NCBI GenBank assembly: GCA_046351325.1
Contig: JAXLYR010000002.1
Coordinates: 624,334 to 688,333, forward strand
Origin: Polyangiaceae bacterium
Lineage (GTDB): Bacteria; Myxococcota_A; Polyangia; Polyangiales; Polyangiaceae
Length of the DNA: 64,000 bases
Direction: 5' to 3'
Below the pieces are notes generated by a model that worked only from the letters and a program-made list of their open reading frames with translations, ran no database searches and was not told the origin of the DNA. Position 1 is the first letter of the stretch. Each line of letters opens with the position of its first letter. This document shows positions 18,085 to 27,798 of the stretch, piece after piece. The position numbers were made by a program, and so were the translations under genes.

Positions 18085-18693
18085 TCACCGAACGATCGTG
18101 CTTTGTCGCGGAGCCGCGCCGAGCGAAGCCAGCTTGGCGAAGGCCCGTCGCAGCCAGTGCGCCAAGCTCGTCTTGCCGGACGAGCGCGCCCACGCGACGA
18201 CGGCCGACTCGAGCGCGCCGACGATCGCGCGGGCCGCGACCATGCGGCCGAGGGCGTCCCCGAAGGTCCGCTTCGCGGTGAAGACCTCGATTAGGTGATT
18301 GGCGAGGAGCGCCTGATCCGACCGGGCGCGGTCCCCGATCTCGGGGTGGGCGAGGAGCAGTCGCGTCCTCCTCAATATCCGGTCTCGATCCTCCGAATAG
18401 ACGTCAGCGACAGCGGTGATCAAGGCGTCGCGGACAGCGTCGAGCGGGGTCGGAGAGGGCAGCGCCGCCCGTATTCGAGAGAGGAGGTCGGCGTCGTAGT
18501 CGTCCCAAAGGATGATTCGTTCCTTCGTCTCGAAGTTCCGATAGACGGTCGCCGGGCCGACGCCAGCGGCGCGCGCGATGGCCTCGACGGTGACGGCCTC
18601 GAAGCCGTGCTCTTCGAATAGCGTGAGCGCCGCTGCCTGCACTCGCCGCATCGCCTCCACTCGCCGCTCCCGACGCCCGTCGCGCTCTTGCAT
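18085..18693 (-). CDS. TetR family transcriptional regulator
   Basis: N-terminal HTH (TVEAIARAAGVGPATVYRNFETKE). Start taken at MQERDG. Confidence 0.8.
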   Translation of the reverse strand: MQERDGRRERRVEAMRRVQAAALTLFEEHGFEAVTVEAIARAAGVGPATVYRNFETKERIILWDDYDADLLSRIRAALPSPTPLDAVRDALITAVADVYSEDRDRILRRTRLLLAHPEIGDRARSDQALLANHLIEVFTAKRTFGDALGRMVAARAIVGALESAVVAWARSSGKTSLAHWLRRAFAKLASLGAAPRQSTIVR

Positions 18694-18747
18694 TCCGAAG
18701 TCCCCTTGACAGAAGTGAGAGTAACTCTCATTTGATTCGGCATGCAA
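18688..18747. promoter_or_regulatory. Nested palindrome in the 48-bp tetR/kinase intergenic region: outer arms ttgcattccgaa/ttcggcatgcaa contain both start codons, the inner arms are TGAGAGTaACTCTCA (probable TetR operator), and there is a perfect TTGACA at 18706-18711
   Basis: Inverted repeats and the -35 hexamer were read directly from the sequence. The operator assignment rests on TetR-family precedent. Confidence 0.45.
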
Positions 18748-20139
18748 GAGACTTCCCGACTTCGAGCCTCCGAGCTCGCCGAACGCCTATTGTCCAGTGA
18801 GCGATCGATGACGAGCTCTCGCCTCGGGCGCTTCATCGGCACGACGCGCGCCGGGGCGAGCTTGGCGCGGACTGTATTGTCCGCGTCGCGCCGCGCGCCC
18901 GATCTCGAGCGCGTCGCGCGCGTCGTGGAGCAGGTCGGCGAGCTCAAGGGCGTCGCGATGAAGGCAGGGCAAATCCTCGGCTACATGGACCCGAGCCTGC
19001 ACGGTGACCTGCGCGCGATGCTCTCCGTTTTGCAGAAGAGCGCGACGGCGAGTCCGTGGACCCATGTCGAGGCCACCGTTCGTTCGGCGTTCGGGCCGCG
19101 CGCTGACACGCTCCTCGCAGGGCTCGAGCGAACGCCGATCGCGGTCGCCAGCGTGGGCCAGGTCCACCTCGCGACGCTCGCGGACGGGCGACGCGTCGTG
19201 GTCAAGGTCCGACATCCCAACATCGAAGCGGCGTTCAAGCAGGACCTCGCCGGGGCAGGTGTCGGCAGCCTGCTCGCGAGCACCTTGGTGCCGGGCGCCG
19301 GCGGTCGCGTCCGCGAGATGGTGGACGAGGCGCGGACGGCGTTCCTCGAGGAGTGCGACTATGGCCTAGAGGCCTCGCGACAGCAGCGATTTCGAGAGCT
19401 GTTCGGCGGGCACGGCGCGCGCGGTCTCGTCGTTCCGACCATTGTCGCGGAGTGGTGTGCGCCGAGTGTGCTTACAGCCGAGTATGTCCCGGGCGAGGGG
19501 CTGGAGTCCTTCGCCGCGCGAGCGTCACAAGCGGATCGCGACCGCGCGGCCGCGGCGCTCTTCGAGTTCTATGTCGGGACGCTCTATCGACATGGGGTTT
19601 TCCACGCCGATCCCCACCCAGGCAACTTCGCGTTTTTGCCGGACGCAGGGGTCGTCGTCTACGACTATGGCTGTGTCCGCACGTTCGAGGAGCGCGACGT
19701 CGCTGCGTTCGCGGCGCTCTCGAGCGCGGTCGCCCGCGACGATCTCGCCGAGATGATCGCGGCCTTCACCGCGCTCGGTGGGAGCGTGAAGAGGACGAGC
19801 GCCGCGACGCTGCGCGACCTGCTTCGTGGCTTCTTCGCCCCGATGCTCCAGCGCGGACCGCACCGAATCGAGACTCGGCGGGCGCTCGACGCGGCGGAGC
19901 TCCTCGAGGACAAACGTGCGCTCCTCGGCCTGGGCGTTCCGGGCCGAATGCTGTTTCTATTTCGGCTCCGGTTCGGCCTCTATGCCGTATTCGAGCGACT
20001 CGGCGCGGAGCTCGATTGGGCGGCGCTGGAGGCTCGGGCTCGAGCGCGCGCGCAGCCTCAACCGCCGCCTGGGCAGGCGAGCTCCAGCGGGTATGAGAAC
20101 CGCTCCACCGAGACGTCGAGCGTCCCCGTCATGACCTGA
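18742..20139 (+). CDS. ABC1/UbiB/ADCK family atypical protein kinase
   Basis: Motifs IAVASVGQVHLATLADGRRVVVKVRHP and FHADPHPGNF. It is divergent from tetR. Confidence 0.8.
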   Translation: MQETSRLRASELAERLLSSERSMTSSRLGRFIGTTRAGASLARTVLSASRRAPDLERVARVVEQVGELKGVAMKAGQILGYMDPSLHGDLRAMLSVLQKSATASPWTHVEATVRSAFGPRADTLLAGLERTPIAVASVGQVHLATLADGRRVVVKVRHPNIEAAFKQDLAGAGVGSLLASTLVPGAGGRVREMVDEARTAFLEECDYGLEASRQQRFRELFGGHGARGLVVPTIVAEWCAPSVLTAEYVPGEGLESFAARASQADRDRAAAALFEFYVGTLYRHGVFHADPHPGNFAFLPDAGVVVYDYGCVRTFEERDVAAFAALSSAVARDDLAEMIAAFTALGGSVKRTSAATLRDLLRGFFAPMLQRGPHRIETRRALDAAELLEDKRALLGLGVPGRMLFLFRLRFGLYAVFERLGAELDWAALEARARARAQPQPPPGQASSSGYENRSTETSSVPVMT

Positions 20140-21044
20140 TCCATCATGGGGTCGCCGCCCGTGAGCGTCGCCGTGAAGGTGCCGCTCAATCGCCCTGATG
20201 CGGTGTCGACGGTCAGCTCACCATTCGAGCCGATGAGGTCCACGATATAGGTGTAGCCGACCGACGTCGCAGTGTCTGTCCAGGTGATCTGCGTGAGTCC
20301 CGAGGCCACGCCCGAAGGGTCCACTCCGAAGTCGATGCGGAGCGCCTGAATGCCACCTGGGACGTCACGCGCGGAGTTCAGCGTCACGGACTCGGAGCCG
20401 TCGGCCGCGGGCGCGAAGATCCCATATCCAAAGAGGCCGTCGAGGTCGTACACGGCGCTCTCCCCCATGAAGTCGATGCTTACAGTGCCGTCACCGAGAC
20501 CGTCGGGCCCAGCCGGGTAAGCGTAGGGGTCGACCAAAATGGCATATCGGCCGAGTCTGCCGACGAATTGTTGGAGGGAGGTCGACGTCACGCCGCAGGC
20601 CTCGAACTCCTGAAAGGTCTGCGTGCCCTCGTCCACGACCGCCATCGAATGGCGCAGATCACTCTCGGGGAAGGAGAGCGTGAGATCCGCGGGCGCAGCG
20701 AGCACGAGATCGGCCGGGCCGATGTCGAAGACGGGGGATGCGAGGTCGCGATTGTAGGGGGCGGCAGGAGGATCTTGGTCGAGTTGGATGGAAAGCTCGG
20801 TCGACGTGGTGAGCGCGCCCGCTGGGATGACGAGTCGAGCCCCGCAATACTCGAGCTCTCCGCCGTCGGGTCCGATGGTCGTGACGACGCCCTCGGGGGG
20901 ACAGTTCGCTGCGGCGCCGCCGCTGCCACCGACACCCTCGCCGCCCGCGTTCGAGCCGCCGGCGCCCGAGCCACCGGGGCCGCTCGCGTCACCACAACCG
21001 GCCGCCAAGAGACCTGCTGCCAAGATCGAAAGAACAAAGCGCAT
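20058..21044 (-). CDS. hypothetical lipoprotein
   Basis: Start at the internal M (MRFVLSILAAGLLAAGCGDA) giving a lipobox, followed by a Gly-rich linker. Convergently overlaps the kinase 3' end. Confidence 0.5.
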   Translation of the reverse strand: MRFVLSILAAGLLAAGCGDASGPGGSGAGGSNAGGEGVGGSGGAAANCPPEGVVTTIGPDGGELEYCGARLVIPAGALTTSTELSIQLDQDPPAAPYNRDLASPVFDIGPADLVLAAPADLTLSFPESDLRHSMAVVDEGTQTFQEFEACGVTSTSLQQFVGRLGRYAILVDPYAYPAGPDGLGDGTVSIDFMGESAVYDLDGLFGYGIFAPAADGSESVTLNSARDVPGGIQALRIDFGVDPSGVASGLTQITWTDTATSVGYTYIVDLIGSNGELTVDTASGRLSGTFTATLTGGDPMMDQVMTGTLDVSVERFSYPLELACPGGG

Positions 21045-21141
21045 AGCGTTCCCTACCGCCCGACGCACGCGCTCGCAAGCTGGTCGCGCAGCACGCGTCC
21101 CTCTTGGCAAGAACCGCCACGCTGGTTAGACCTCGGGCGTC

Positions 21142-21468
21142 ATGTCGTTTCAAAAGCGCGGCCCAGCGCGCATCCAAGACCGAGCGCTGCGGGACGCGGC
21201 GAGCCGACTCGAGAGCTTCTCGACGATGCTCGCGAACCGCGTCGAAGAGGTCGTGAACGGGGCCGACCGAACCGAGAAGACCCTGGCCGCCCTCGAGGCC
21301 GAGGTCGCGGCGCGCCTCGTCGAGAGCGCCGTCTACGAGGTCGCCCTGCGCCTCGTCCCCCACGGCATCGAGTTCGAGCCCGAGCGGCAGCTGCGCCGCA
21401 GGCTCGGGCGCTACCACTTCGCGCTCGCTCAGCTCGAGGCGGCCTACGGTCCGCTCTTGCGGGCGTGA
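21142..21468 (+). CDS. small hypothetical protein, translationally coupled to the GMC oxidoreductase
   Basis: A 108-aa ORF with non-degenerate composition whose TGA stop overlaps the GTG start of the downstream gene (GTGA). No recognisable motif. Confidence 0.35.
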   Translation: MSFQKRGPARIQDRALRDAASRLESFSTMLANRVEEVVNGADRTEKTLAALEAEVAARLVESAVYEVALRLVPHGIEFEPERQLRRRLGRYHFALAQLEAAYGPLLRA

Positions 21469-23273
21469 CCGCCGCCGAGCCCGAGGACGAGACCGAGGTC
21501 GTCGTCATCGGCTCGGGCTTCGGGGGCTCAGTCGCGACGCTGCGCTTCGCCGAGGCCGGCTATCGAGTCGTGGTCCTCGAGCGCGGCGACCATGTCCGGC
21601 GCGACCGCTTTCAGGCTGATATCGACGCGCTCTGGAGCCCCGAGCGCGCGAGCTACGGCTTTCACGATCTCAAGGCGCGCGGCAAACCCATCATCCCTTG
21701 GATCGGCGCGGCGGTGGGCGGGGGGAGCCACGTCTACGCGGGCACGCTCAAGCGACGCGACGACTGGGATGGATTCCCCCAGGCGATCCGCGCGACCGAC
21801 ATGACTCCCTATTACGAGCGCGCCGAGGAGATGCTCGGGAGCACGCCGTTCCCCGATTGGGAGCCTTACAAGAGTGTCCGCGCTACGCAGCTCATGTACC
21901 GAGCCGGCGAGCGCCTGAAGAGGCAGGCTCCCGACCTCGTCGAGGATTGGGGGCCCGTCCACTTGGGCATCTCGTTCGCCCCACCGGGCGGCGTGCCCGG
22001 GGCCGAGTTCATCAACAAACATGGCTGTAAGCAGCGGTACTCGGACCCCCGAGAGCAGTCGATCCTCGGCGGTGACATCGACACCAAGAACTCGCTCGAC
22101 CGAAACTACCTCTTCGTCGCGCAGCACCGGGCGAAGCAGCCTGCCGAGATCCGCCCGCTCTCCGAGGTCGACAAGATCGAGCGGCTCTCGGACGGTCGCT
22201 ACCGCATACATTATGTCGAGCACGTGCCGCCTTCGAACGGCTGGCAGACGCTGCGGCGACGCTGGCTGCCCTTTCGCCCGGCGCCCGCGACCGTCGCGCG
22301 CTGCATCGTGGCGAAGTATGTCGTCGTCGCGGCGGGGGCCGTCGGGAGCACCGAGCTCCTCCTTCGCAACAAGTCGCTCCACAAGTCGCTCCCGAGCCTC
22401 GGAGCGCCGCTCGGCACGCGCTACACGACGAACGGCGACTACCTCACGCTGCTCGTCAAATTCAGGGGCCTAGCGTTCTCGTGGGCGGGCTTCGCGATCA
22501 TGGTGGCGTGCGCCGTCCTCGGGTTTTGGACTTGGGTGGCGATTGGCGCGGTCCTTTATTGGGGGGGCCTCGTCTTCAGCCGCGACGAGGTCGACGCGGA
22601 CCTCGGGACGACGAACAGCGACAACATTCGGTTCAAGGGTCCTACAGGCCAAAGCCAAGGCGCTTACATCGAGAGTGGTCGTTACCCGACTGTAGGCCGG
22701 CTGCTCATCGCGGTATTGGTGAGCGGCGTCGCCGGGCGCTTCCCGCCCTCGTCTTACCGGCGTGTCATCGTCGTGACCAAGCTCCTGCGCTGGCTCGTCC
22801 CACCGCTCGGCGCGATCGCCCGCACGTTCCCCATTCCGCTCCTCAGCATGGGCCGCGACAACGCGTTCGGCGTCTTCCGCTTGAACGCAGAGGGGCGCGC
22901 CGAGATCGACTATGACCTCCAGGCGGCGCGGCCGTTTTATGCCTACCTCGAGTCGCTCGGGCGCAAGGTCGCGAAGGCCGCGGACGCCTATTGGCTGCCT
23001 CATCTGCCGTTCAAGCTGCTCGGTCGGATGGAGGTACCGCACAATCAGGGCGGCGCCCCGATGGGCGAGAGCCGCACCGATGGCGTGGTGGATCACGCGG
23101 GGCGCGTCTTCGGAGTGGCCAACATGATGGTGCTCGACGGCTCGATCATCCCCGTGTCGGTAGGCCCCAATCCAGCGCTCACCATCACAGCGGTGGCCGA
23201 GCGCGCGATGGAGGTCGTGCTCGGGCAGCTCGCGGCGACGGGCGAGATCGTCGCGAGCGAGCCACCCACCTGA
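21465..23273 (+). CDS. GMC family FAD-dependent oxidoreductase (cholesterol oxidase-like)
   Basis: N-terminal Rossmann GxGxxG (VVVIGSGFGGSVATLRFAEAG) and a GMC C-terminal motif (HNQGGAPMG...VANMMVLDGSIIP). An internal hydrophobic insertion is present. The track ORF 20568..23273 has an implausible 5' extension. Confidence 0.8.
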   Translation: MTAAEPEDETEVVVIGSGFGGSVATLRFAEAGYRVVVLERGDHVRRDRFQADIDALWSPERASYGFHDLKARGKPIIPWIGAAVGGGSHVYAGTLKRRDDWDGFPQAIRATDMTPYYERAEEMLGSTPFPDWEPYKSVRATQLMYRAGERLKRQAPDLVEDWGPVHLGISFAPPGGVPGAEFINKHGCKQRYSDPREQSILGGDIDTKNSLDRNYLFVAQHRAKQPAEIRPLSEVDKIERLSDGRYRIHYVEHVPPSNGWQTLRRRWLPFRPAPATVARCIVAKYVVVAAGAVGSTELLLRNKSLHKSLPSLGAPLGTRYTTNGDYLTLLVKFRGLAFSWAGFAIMVACAVLGFWTWVAIGAVLYWGGLVFSRDEVDADLGTTNSDNIRFKGPTGQSQGAYIESGRYPTVGRLLIAVLVSGVAGRFPPSSYRRVIVVTKLLRWLVPPLGAIARTFPIPLLSMGRDNAFGVFRLNAEGRAEIDYDLQAARPFYAYLESLGRKVAKAADAYWLPHLPFKLLGRMEVPHNQGGAPMGESRTDGVVDHAGRVFGVANMMVLDGSIIPVSVGPNPALTITAVAERAMEVVLGQLAATGEIVASEPPT

Positions 23274-23274
23274 C

Positions 23275-24720
23275 TCACAGGACAGGCGCGTTGCGCGTGA
23301 CCACGAGCACGCCGTCGTCCCCTGTTCGCACCGCGACGAAGCGCTTCGACGCGTCGAGCACGGACCGACCGAGCAAGAGCGCGCTCGGCTTCGACGCGAG
23401 GGCCGCGCCGCTCAGCTTGCTGTCGATCTTTCCGTCGGCGCGAACATGCCAGATCCGATCGTTGTCGGTGCCCGCGCTCTCGGCGACGAGCAACCCACCC
23501 GATGGGGTCGCGACCGTGTTCCACAGCGCTCCTGGGGTCCACGCCCAAGACTGGTTGGTCGTCGATTTGCCGTCGACCGAGAGCAGCGCGACCTGCATGT
23601 TCTCACCCGTAGCGTCGAGCGAGACGCAGCTCACCGCGCCCGATGAGAGGCCGACCAGGCTCGAGGCCTCGAGTCCGTAACAAGGATTGGCCGCCGAGCC
23701 TTTGTCCCCGTAGCTCGAGTCGAGCTCGAGCTTACTGGTGAGTCGCGTGAGCTTCTCCGTCGCCTTTCCAGTCGAGAAGACATACGAGCCGTCGGGCCCC
23801 CGACCCACGTAGCCGTGAATGGGCGAGCCGGGTGTCTCATACGTGAGCGAGCCCTTCTTACCGAAGGTCTTGTCAGTGCCACCCTGGGCGGTGATTTTGG
23901 TGAGGAGCGCTTTACCTTTATCGAAGACGACCTCGCCTTCGTCGGTGATCTTGGGCTCCACCAAGGTGGAGAGCACGAGCGCGCCGCCGCCGCTATCGAC
24001 GAAGACAGCGCTCGGGATCATGCCGAACGACTTGTCGAAGAGACGATACTCGCCGCTCTTCCCGAAGGAGGGATCGCGTGCGCCGCGTGCGTCCAGTTTG
24101 ACGATGCTCACCGAGGCCTCGCCGAGGGCCTGCGTGCCGAGCGCGGGCCCCACAACGGCGAAGTGCAGATCGACCGACAAATCAGGCGCGCCCGAGGTCT
24201 TCGACTCGGCGACGTACATGCTGAGTACGTAGAGCCCACCGTCGGGAGCGAGCGCGAGCGAGACGCCGACTCCATAGCTCTTGCTGGCGCGCGCGAGCCC
24301 GTCTTTGCCGAAGGCCATGTCGAGCTTGCCGCTCGGTAGGATCTTGTAGACGGCCGAGTCGCAGCCCTCGAGGGGTTCGTCGCCCCCGAAGGGGATCTGC
24401 GCGAGGACGAAGATCGAGCCGTCTTCGGTGGTGAGGACGTCGCCGACGCCCACGCAAGAGCCTCCCATCGAATGGGGCGGAGTGAGCGAGAGCGCGCCCT
24501 TGTCGCCGAAGCTCGCGTCGAGCGCGACGGCGGGTGCCCGCGTCGCAGGCGGAGACTCGCTCGCCGAGGCGGAAGCGCTCGTCGACCCAGTCGTCTCGTG
24601 CGCGGACGAGGAGCTCGCGGACGTGGTCTGCGTCGCGGCTTGGCTGCCTGTGTTCGTGCTCGAGCAACCTGCGAGCGCGAGCGCCGCGAGCGTGATGAGG
24701 GGATATCGGGACTTGGGCAT
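23275..24720 (-). CDS. repeat-containing lipoprotein, probable beta-propeller
   Basis: Lipobox MPKSRYPLITLAALALAGCSS, a Ser/Thr-rich linker, and repeated FGKDG/FGKSG/FGKKG/YGDKG motifs. Confidence 0.55.
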   Translation of the reverse strand: MPKSRYPLITLAALALAGCSSTNTGSQAATQTTSASSSSAHETTGSTSASASASESPPATRAPAVALDASFGDKGALSLTPPHSMGGSCVGVGDVLTTEDGSIFVLAQIPFGGDEPLEGCDSAVYKILPSGKLDMAFGKDGLARASKSYGVGVSLALAPDGGLYVLSMYVAESKTSGAPDLSVDLHFAVVGPALGTQALGEASVSIVKLDARGARDPSFGKSGEYRLFDKSFGMIPSAVFVDSGGGALVLSTLVEPKITDEGEVVFDKGKALLTKITAQGGTDKTFGKKGSLTYETPGSPIHGYVGRGPDGSYVFSTGKATEKLTRLTSKLELDSSYGDKGSAANPCYGLEASSLVGLSSGAVSCVSLDATGENMQVALLSVDGKSTTNQSWAWTPGALWNTVATPSGGLLVAESAGTDNDRIWHVRADGKIDSKLSGAALASKPSALLLGRSVLDASKRFVAVRTGDDGVLVVTRNAPVL

Positions 24721-24814
24721 CGTCGCGGAAGCTATCACCCGAGCGAGCGCCCACGGCAGCCTGAACCGAGACTTGCTCTGAATGGCGACGATGCTCCGGC
24801 AACAGAGGAGCGCA

Positions 24815-25438
24815 ATGACGAGCAAGTTCATCTGCGGTGTGCTGTTCGGCGGGGTACTCCTATTGCCCGCTTGCGGCGACGACGCAGCCAATCCAGCCGG
24901 AGAGTGCACGCCTGCCTGTGAGGCCGGTGAGTTCTGTTGTCTCGGGACCTGTCAGGCCGTCGGGACAGTCTGCGGGGACTCGACGGGCGGGGCGCCGGCG
25001 GGCGGCGCGGGTGGGGCGGGTGGGGCAGTCGCCGGCGGCGGCGGCGCTGGCGGCGCGCCCGACCCGTGCGCCCTCCACGACGGCGCGACCAGCGTGGTCA
25101 CCGCGTGCGCTGCTGACGGCTCTGTAACTTATTGCCAGCAAGGTGAGAGCGACACGTGCAATCCCGGCTACGTGTGCGTCGAGTGGGTCGACCCCGAGAC
25201 CCACGTCCTCGACGCGTATTGTCCAATGATGGGCGAGACCGAGATCTGCGATCCCGACGTCGACCACGGGACCTGCCAGGGCAACAGCGCGCATCCGTGC
25301 CTCGGCGTCGTGGGGCCGAACTCACCGCCTACGTCGCCGGGGCACTACGAGACGTTCGACTGCGTGGCGCTGAACGGCGCAGGCTCGACCTGCAGCATCG
25401 ACGCGGCGACGCTGCAGCCTTACTGCACTGTCCCTTGA
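24815..25438 (+). CDS. Cys-rich secreted lipoprotein with a myxobacterial-type cysteine-rich repeat
   Basis: Lipobox VLLLPACGDD, about 24 Cys residues in spaced CxxxC patterns, and a Gly/Ala linker. Confidence 0.6.
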   Translation: MTSKFICGVLFGGVLLLPACGDDAANPAGECTPACEAGEFCCLGTCQAVGTVCGDSTGGAPAGGAGGAGGAVAGGGGAGGAPDPCALHDGATSVVTACAADGSVTYCQQGESDTCNPGYVCVEWVDPETHVLDAYCPMMGETEICDPDVDHGTCQGNSAHPCLGVVGPNSPPTSPGHYETFDCVALNGAGSTCSIDAATLQPYCTVP

Positions 25439-25461
25439 GCGACGACACTGGTCTTGGGGGA

Positions 25462-27753
25462 CTATTGCGGCGCCCAGCCAGTCTCGTAGTGGCCGTCTTC
25501 GAAGACCCATATCCGCGCGTCGGCGGGCAAAGGCCCGCTGACCTCGACGACGGCGCCCCCTGGGAAGCGGACCTCGACCGACTCCACGGCTGACGCGGCG
25601 CCCAGGCCGTAATGCAAATAGGCAGAGTCCTGGCCGCCTTTGCCGTTGCCGCCGGAGACGACCCGCAGCTGGGTCACGCCGCCCGCCGTGAGCCAAACGG
25701 TCGCGCCGACGGCCGCGCGATTGGAGGCTACGTTGCCCACGACCTTGACCTCGGCGAAATGGCCAGTCTGCGACTTGGCATTTCGGAAGGGGTAGCGGAG
25801 GAAGGTGTCGACGTCCCCGTCGTTGTCGAAGTCCGAAGTCGAGATGCCCCAGCCGTTCTCGGTCGTGAGGCCCGCGTGGTATGCGTCGAGGCGGAAGGTG
25901 CCGTCGCCGTTACCCCAATAGAAGTCCGTCGGGCGACCGTCGTACACGGCTGTAATCACCAGATCGAGGCGACCGTCATTGTCGAAGTCGGCGAGCGCTG
26001 GGACCGAGTGCGTCTCTTGGTAGCGCAGGCCGGCAGGGTTCGTGAGGTCGGTCGTCTCCGCGAGGTTCACGAACGAGCCGTCCGGCTGTTGGAGCAGGAT
26101 CTCCGTGCGGTCCGAGAAGTCGAAGAAGCGCGGGTGCGCGAGGTTGGCCGACACGAGATCGAGCCGAAGATCGCCGTCGAGATCCCCCCACGCCGCGCCG
26201 ATGGTGTGCCCGTAGTAGCCGCTCGAAAGCGAGCCCGCAGCGCCGAGGGCCTTCGCCGACTCGACGAAGGTGCCGTCCCCCTGATTGACGAATAGGAAGT
26301 TGGCCTGGAGTCGGTAGTTGTTGACGAAGAGGTCCACGTCGCCGTCTCCGTCGTAGTCGGCGGGAGCGGCGCCGCGGCTCGCCGTGCGCTTCGAGCTGAA
26401 GCCGTACTGTGCTGTCCAGCTCTCGAAGGTCCCGTCGCCGCGGTTGTGCCAGACCTCGTCCTCGTAGAAGGTCTCGTTTGCCCAGCAAATGAAGTTGGCG
26501 AGGTAGAGGTCGAGGTAACCGTCCGCGTCGAGGTCGAGCCACGCGGCCGCGGCCGTGGGTGAGCGGGTGTTGAGCGCAGGGTCGCCGCAGCTCTCGTAGG
26601 TTTGTGTGTCCACGATCCCGCTCGCAGGGGTCGCGTCCTCGAAGGTGCCGTCGCACCGCGAGCGCATCAGCTTGTCGGGTTTGTCGTAGGCCTCGGCGTA
26701 GAGGAAGACGTCGAGACAGCCGTCGTTGTCGTAGTCGCCGAAGACGCCGCCCGTGGCGGCGATGGGAGCGCCCACTGCGTCGGTCGCGACGAGGCTCGCC
26801 GCGGTGACCTCGGTGAAGGAGCCGTCGCCGACGTTCTTGTAGAGCCGCGGCCCTGATCCCAATACGTCGTCATAGCCATCCGCATCGTAATCGCCAAACG
26901 AGACGTGCTCGGAGGGCGGGAAGGCCGGGTCCGTAATCTGGAATACACGCGCCGCGGGGTCGACCTCCTCGGTGTGCTCGAGGTGCAAGCGGACGAGGTA
27001 GTCGTATTGGAAGGGGAACGAGACTCCATTGTAGAAGCTCGAGAGGAGGCGCTTCGGCAGGTTCATCGCCGAGTGGCACTCGTCCCAGAGCGCGCAGTCA
27101 CCGGCGCCTTGGGTCGAGCCGTCGAAGTCGAACACCGGACTCCCAGGTTCGGCGAGGTGCGCGACGTAGACCAAGCCCGGGTGCTCGAGGGTGATCGGCG
27201 GGTCGATGACGTAGGTGACCCAGCCGTCCGCGTCGAGGTCACCCGCGCAGCGCGTACCGGTAAAGAGCGGCTCCGCGGCCCAGAAGTCGAAGCCGTTGTA
27301 ACCGAAGTCGGCGTAGAGCCCGGCCGTGAGCTCGGTCTCCGGTGCGAGCCCGTCCACCGCGCCCCAGTGCACCGAGAAGCCGTGGATGACCGAGGGGTGC
27401 TCGACGTCGAAGCGCACGGCCTCGTTGAGCTCTTCGTCGTTGAGGGTGAAGGTCGAGCCGTTCACTGTGATGGAGAACGTCTGCTCTCGGACGTTGGTCG
27501 CGGCGCTCGAGTCGTCCCACGCCAGCGTCTCGAGCCCAGCCGGCAATTCGCCATTCGCCGAGCCACAAACGGGCGCCGCGCCGCCAGCGCCGCCCACGCT
27601 GCCCGTGGATTGGGTGTTTGCGCCAGCGCCCCCAGCACCGCCCGCGTTTGCGCCGCCACCGCCTTGGGGCTGAATCCCGTCATCGCCGCACGCGGCGCCG
27701 AACGCGAGACTGAGGGACAAGACCCAGGGTGAGACCCTACGACGCAAAGCCAT
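25462..27753 (-). CDS. FG-GAP repeat / ASPIC-UnbV (CRTAC1-like) lipoprotein
   Basis: Lipobox LAFGAACGDD, multiple DxDxDG FG-GAP-like repeats, and a C-terminal UnbV_ASPIC-like segment (VGATVWLTAGG..QLRVVSGGNGKGGQDS). Confidence 0.8.
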   Translation of the reverse strand: MALRRRVSPWVLSLSLAFGAACGDDGIQPQGGGGANAGGAGGAGANTQSTGSVGGAGGAAPVCGSANGELPAGLETLAWDDSSAATNVREQTFSITVNGSTFTLNDEELNEAVRFDVEHPSVIHGFSVHWGAVDGLAPETELTAGLYADFGYNGFDFWAAEPLFTGTRCAGDLDADGWVTYVIDPPITLEHPGLVYVAHLAEPGSPVFDFDGSTQGAGDCALWDECHSAMNLPKRLLSSFYNGVSFPFQYDYLVRLHLEHTEEVDPAARVFQITDPAFPPSEHVSFGDYDADGYDDVLGSGPRLYKNVGDGSFTEVTAASLVATDAVGAPIAATGGVFGDYDNDGCLDVFLYAEAYDKPDKLMRSRCDGTFEDATPASGIVDTQTYESCGDPALNTRSPTAAAAWLDLDADGYLDLYLANFICWANETFYEDEVWHNRGDGTFESWTAQYGFSSKRTASRGAAPADYDGDGDVDLFVNNYRLQANFLFVNQGDGTFVESAKALGAAGSLSSGYYGHTIGAAWGDLDGDLRLDLVSANLAHPRFFDFSDRTEILLQQPDGSFVNLAETTDLTNPAGLRYQETHSVPALADFDNDGRLDLVITAVYDGRPTDFYWGNGDGTFRLDAYHAGLTTENGWGISTSDFDNDGDVDTFLRYPFRNAKSQTGHFAEVKVVGNVASNRAAVGATVWLTAGGVTQLRVVSGGNGKGGQDSAYLHYGLGAASAVESVEVRFPGGAVVEVSGPLPADARIWVFEDGHYETGWAPQ

Positions 27754-27798
27754 AATCGGGATTGTCGTCGCTTTGTCGGCGCCTGGCGAGGAGCTCGC

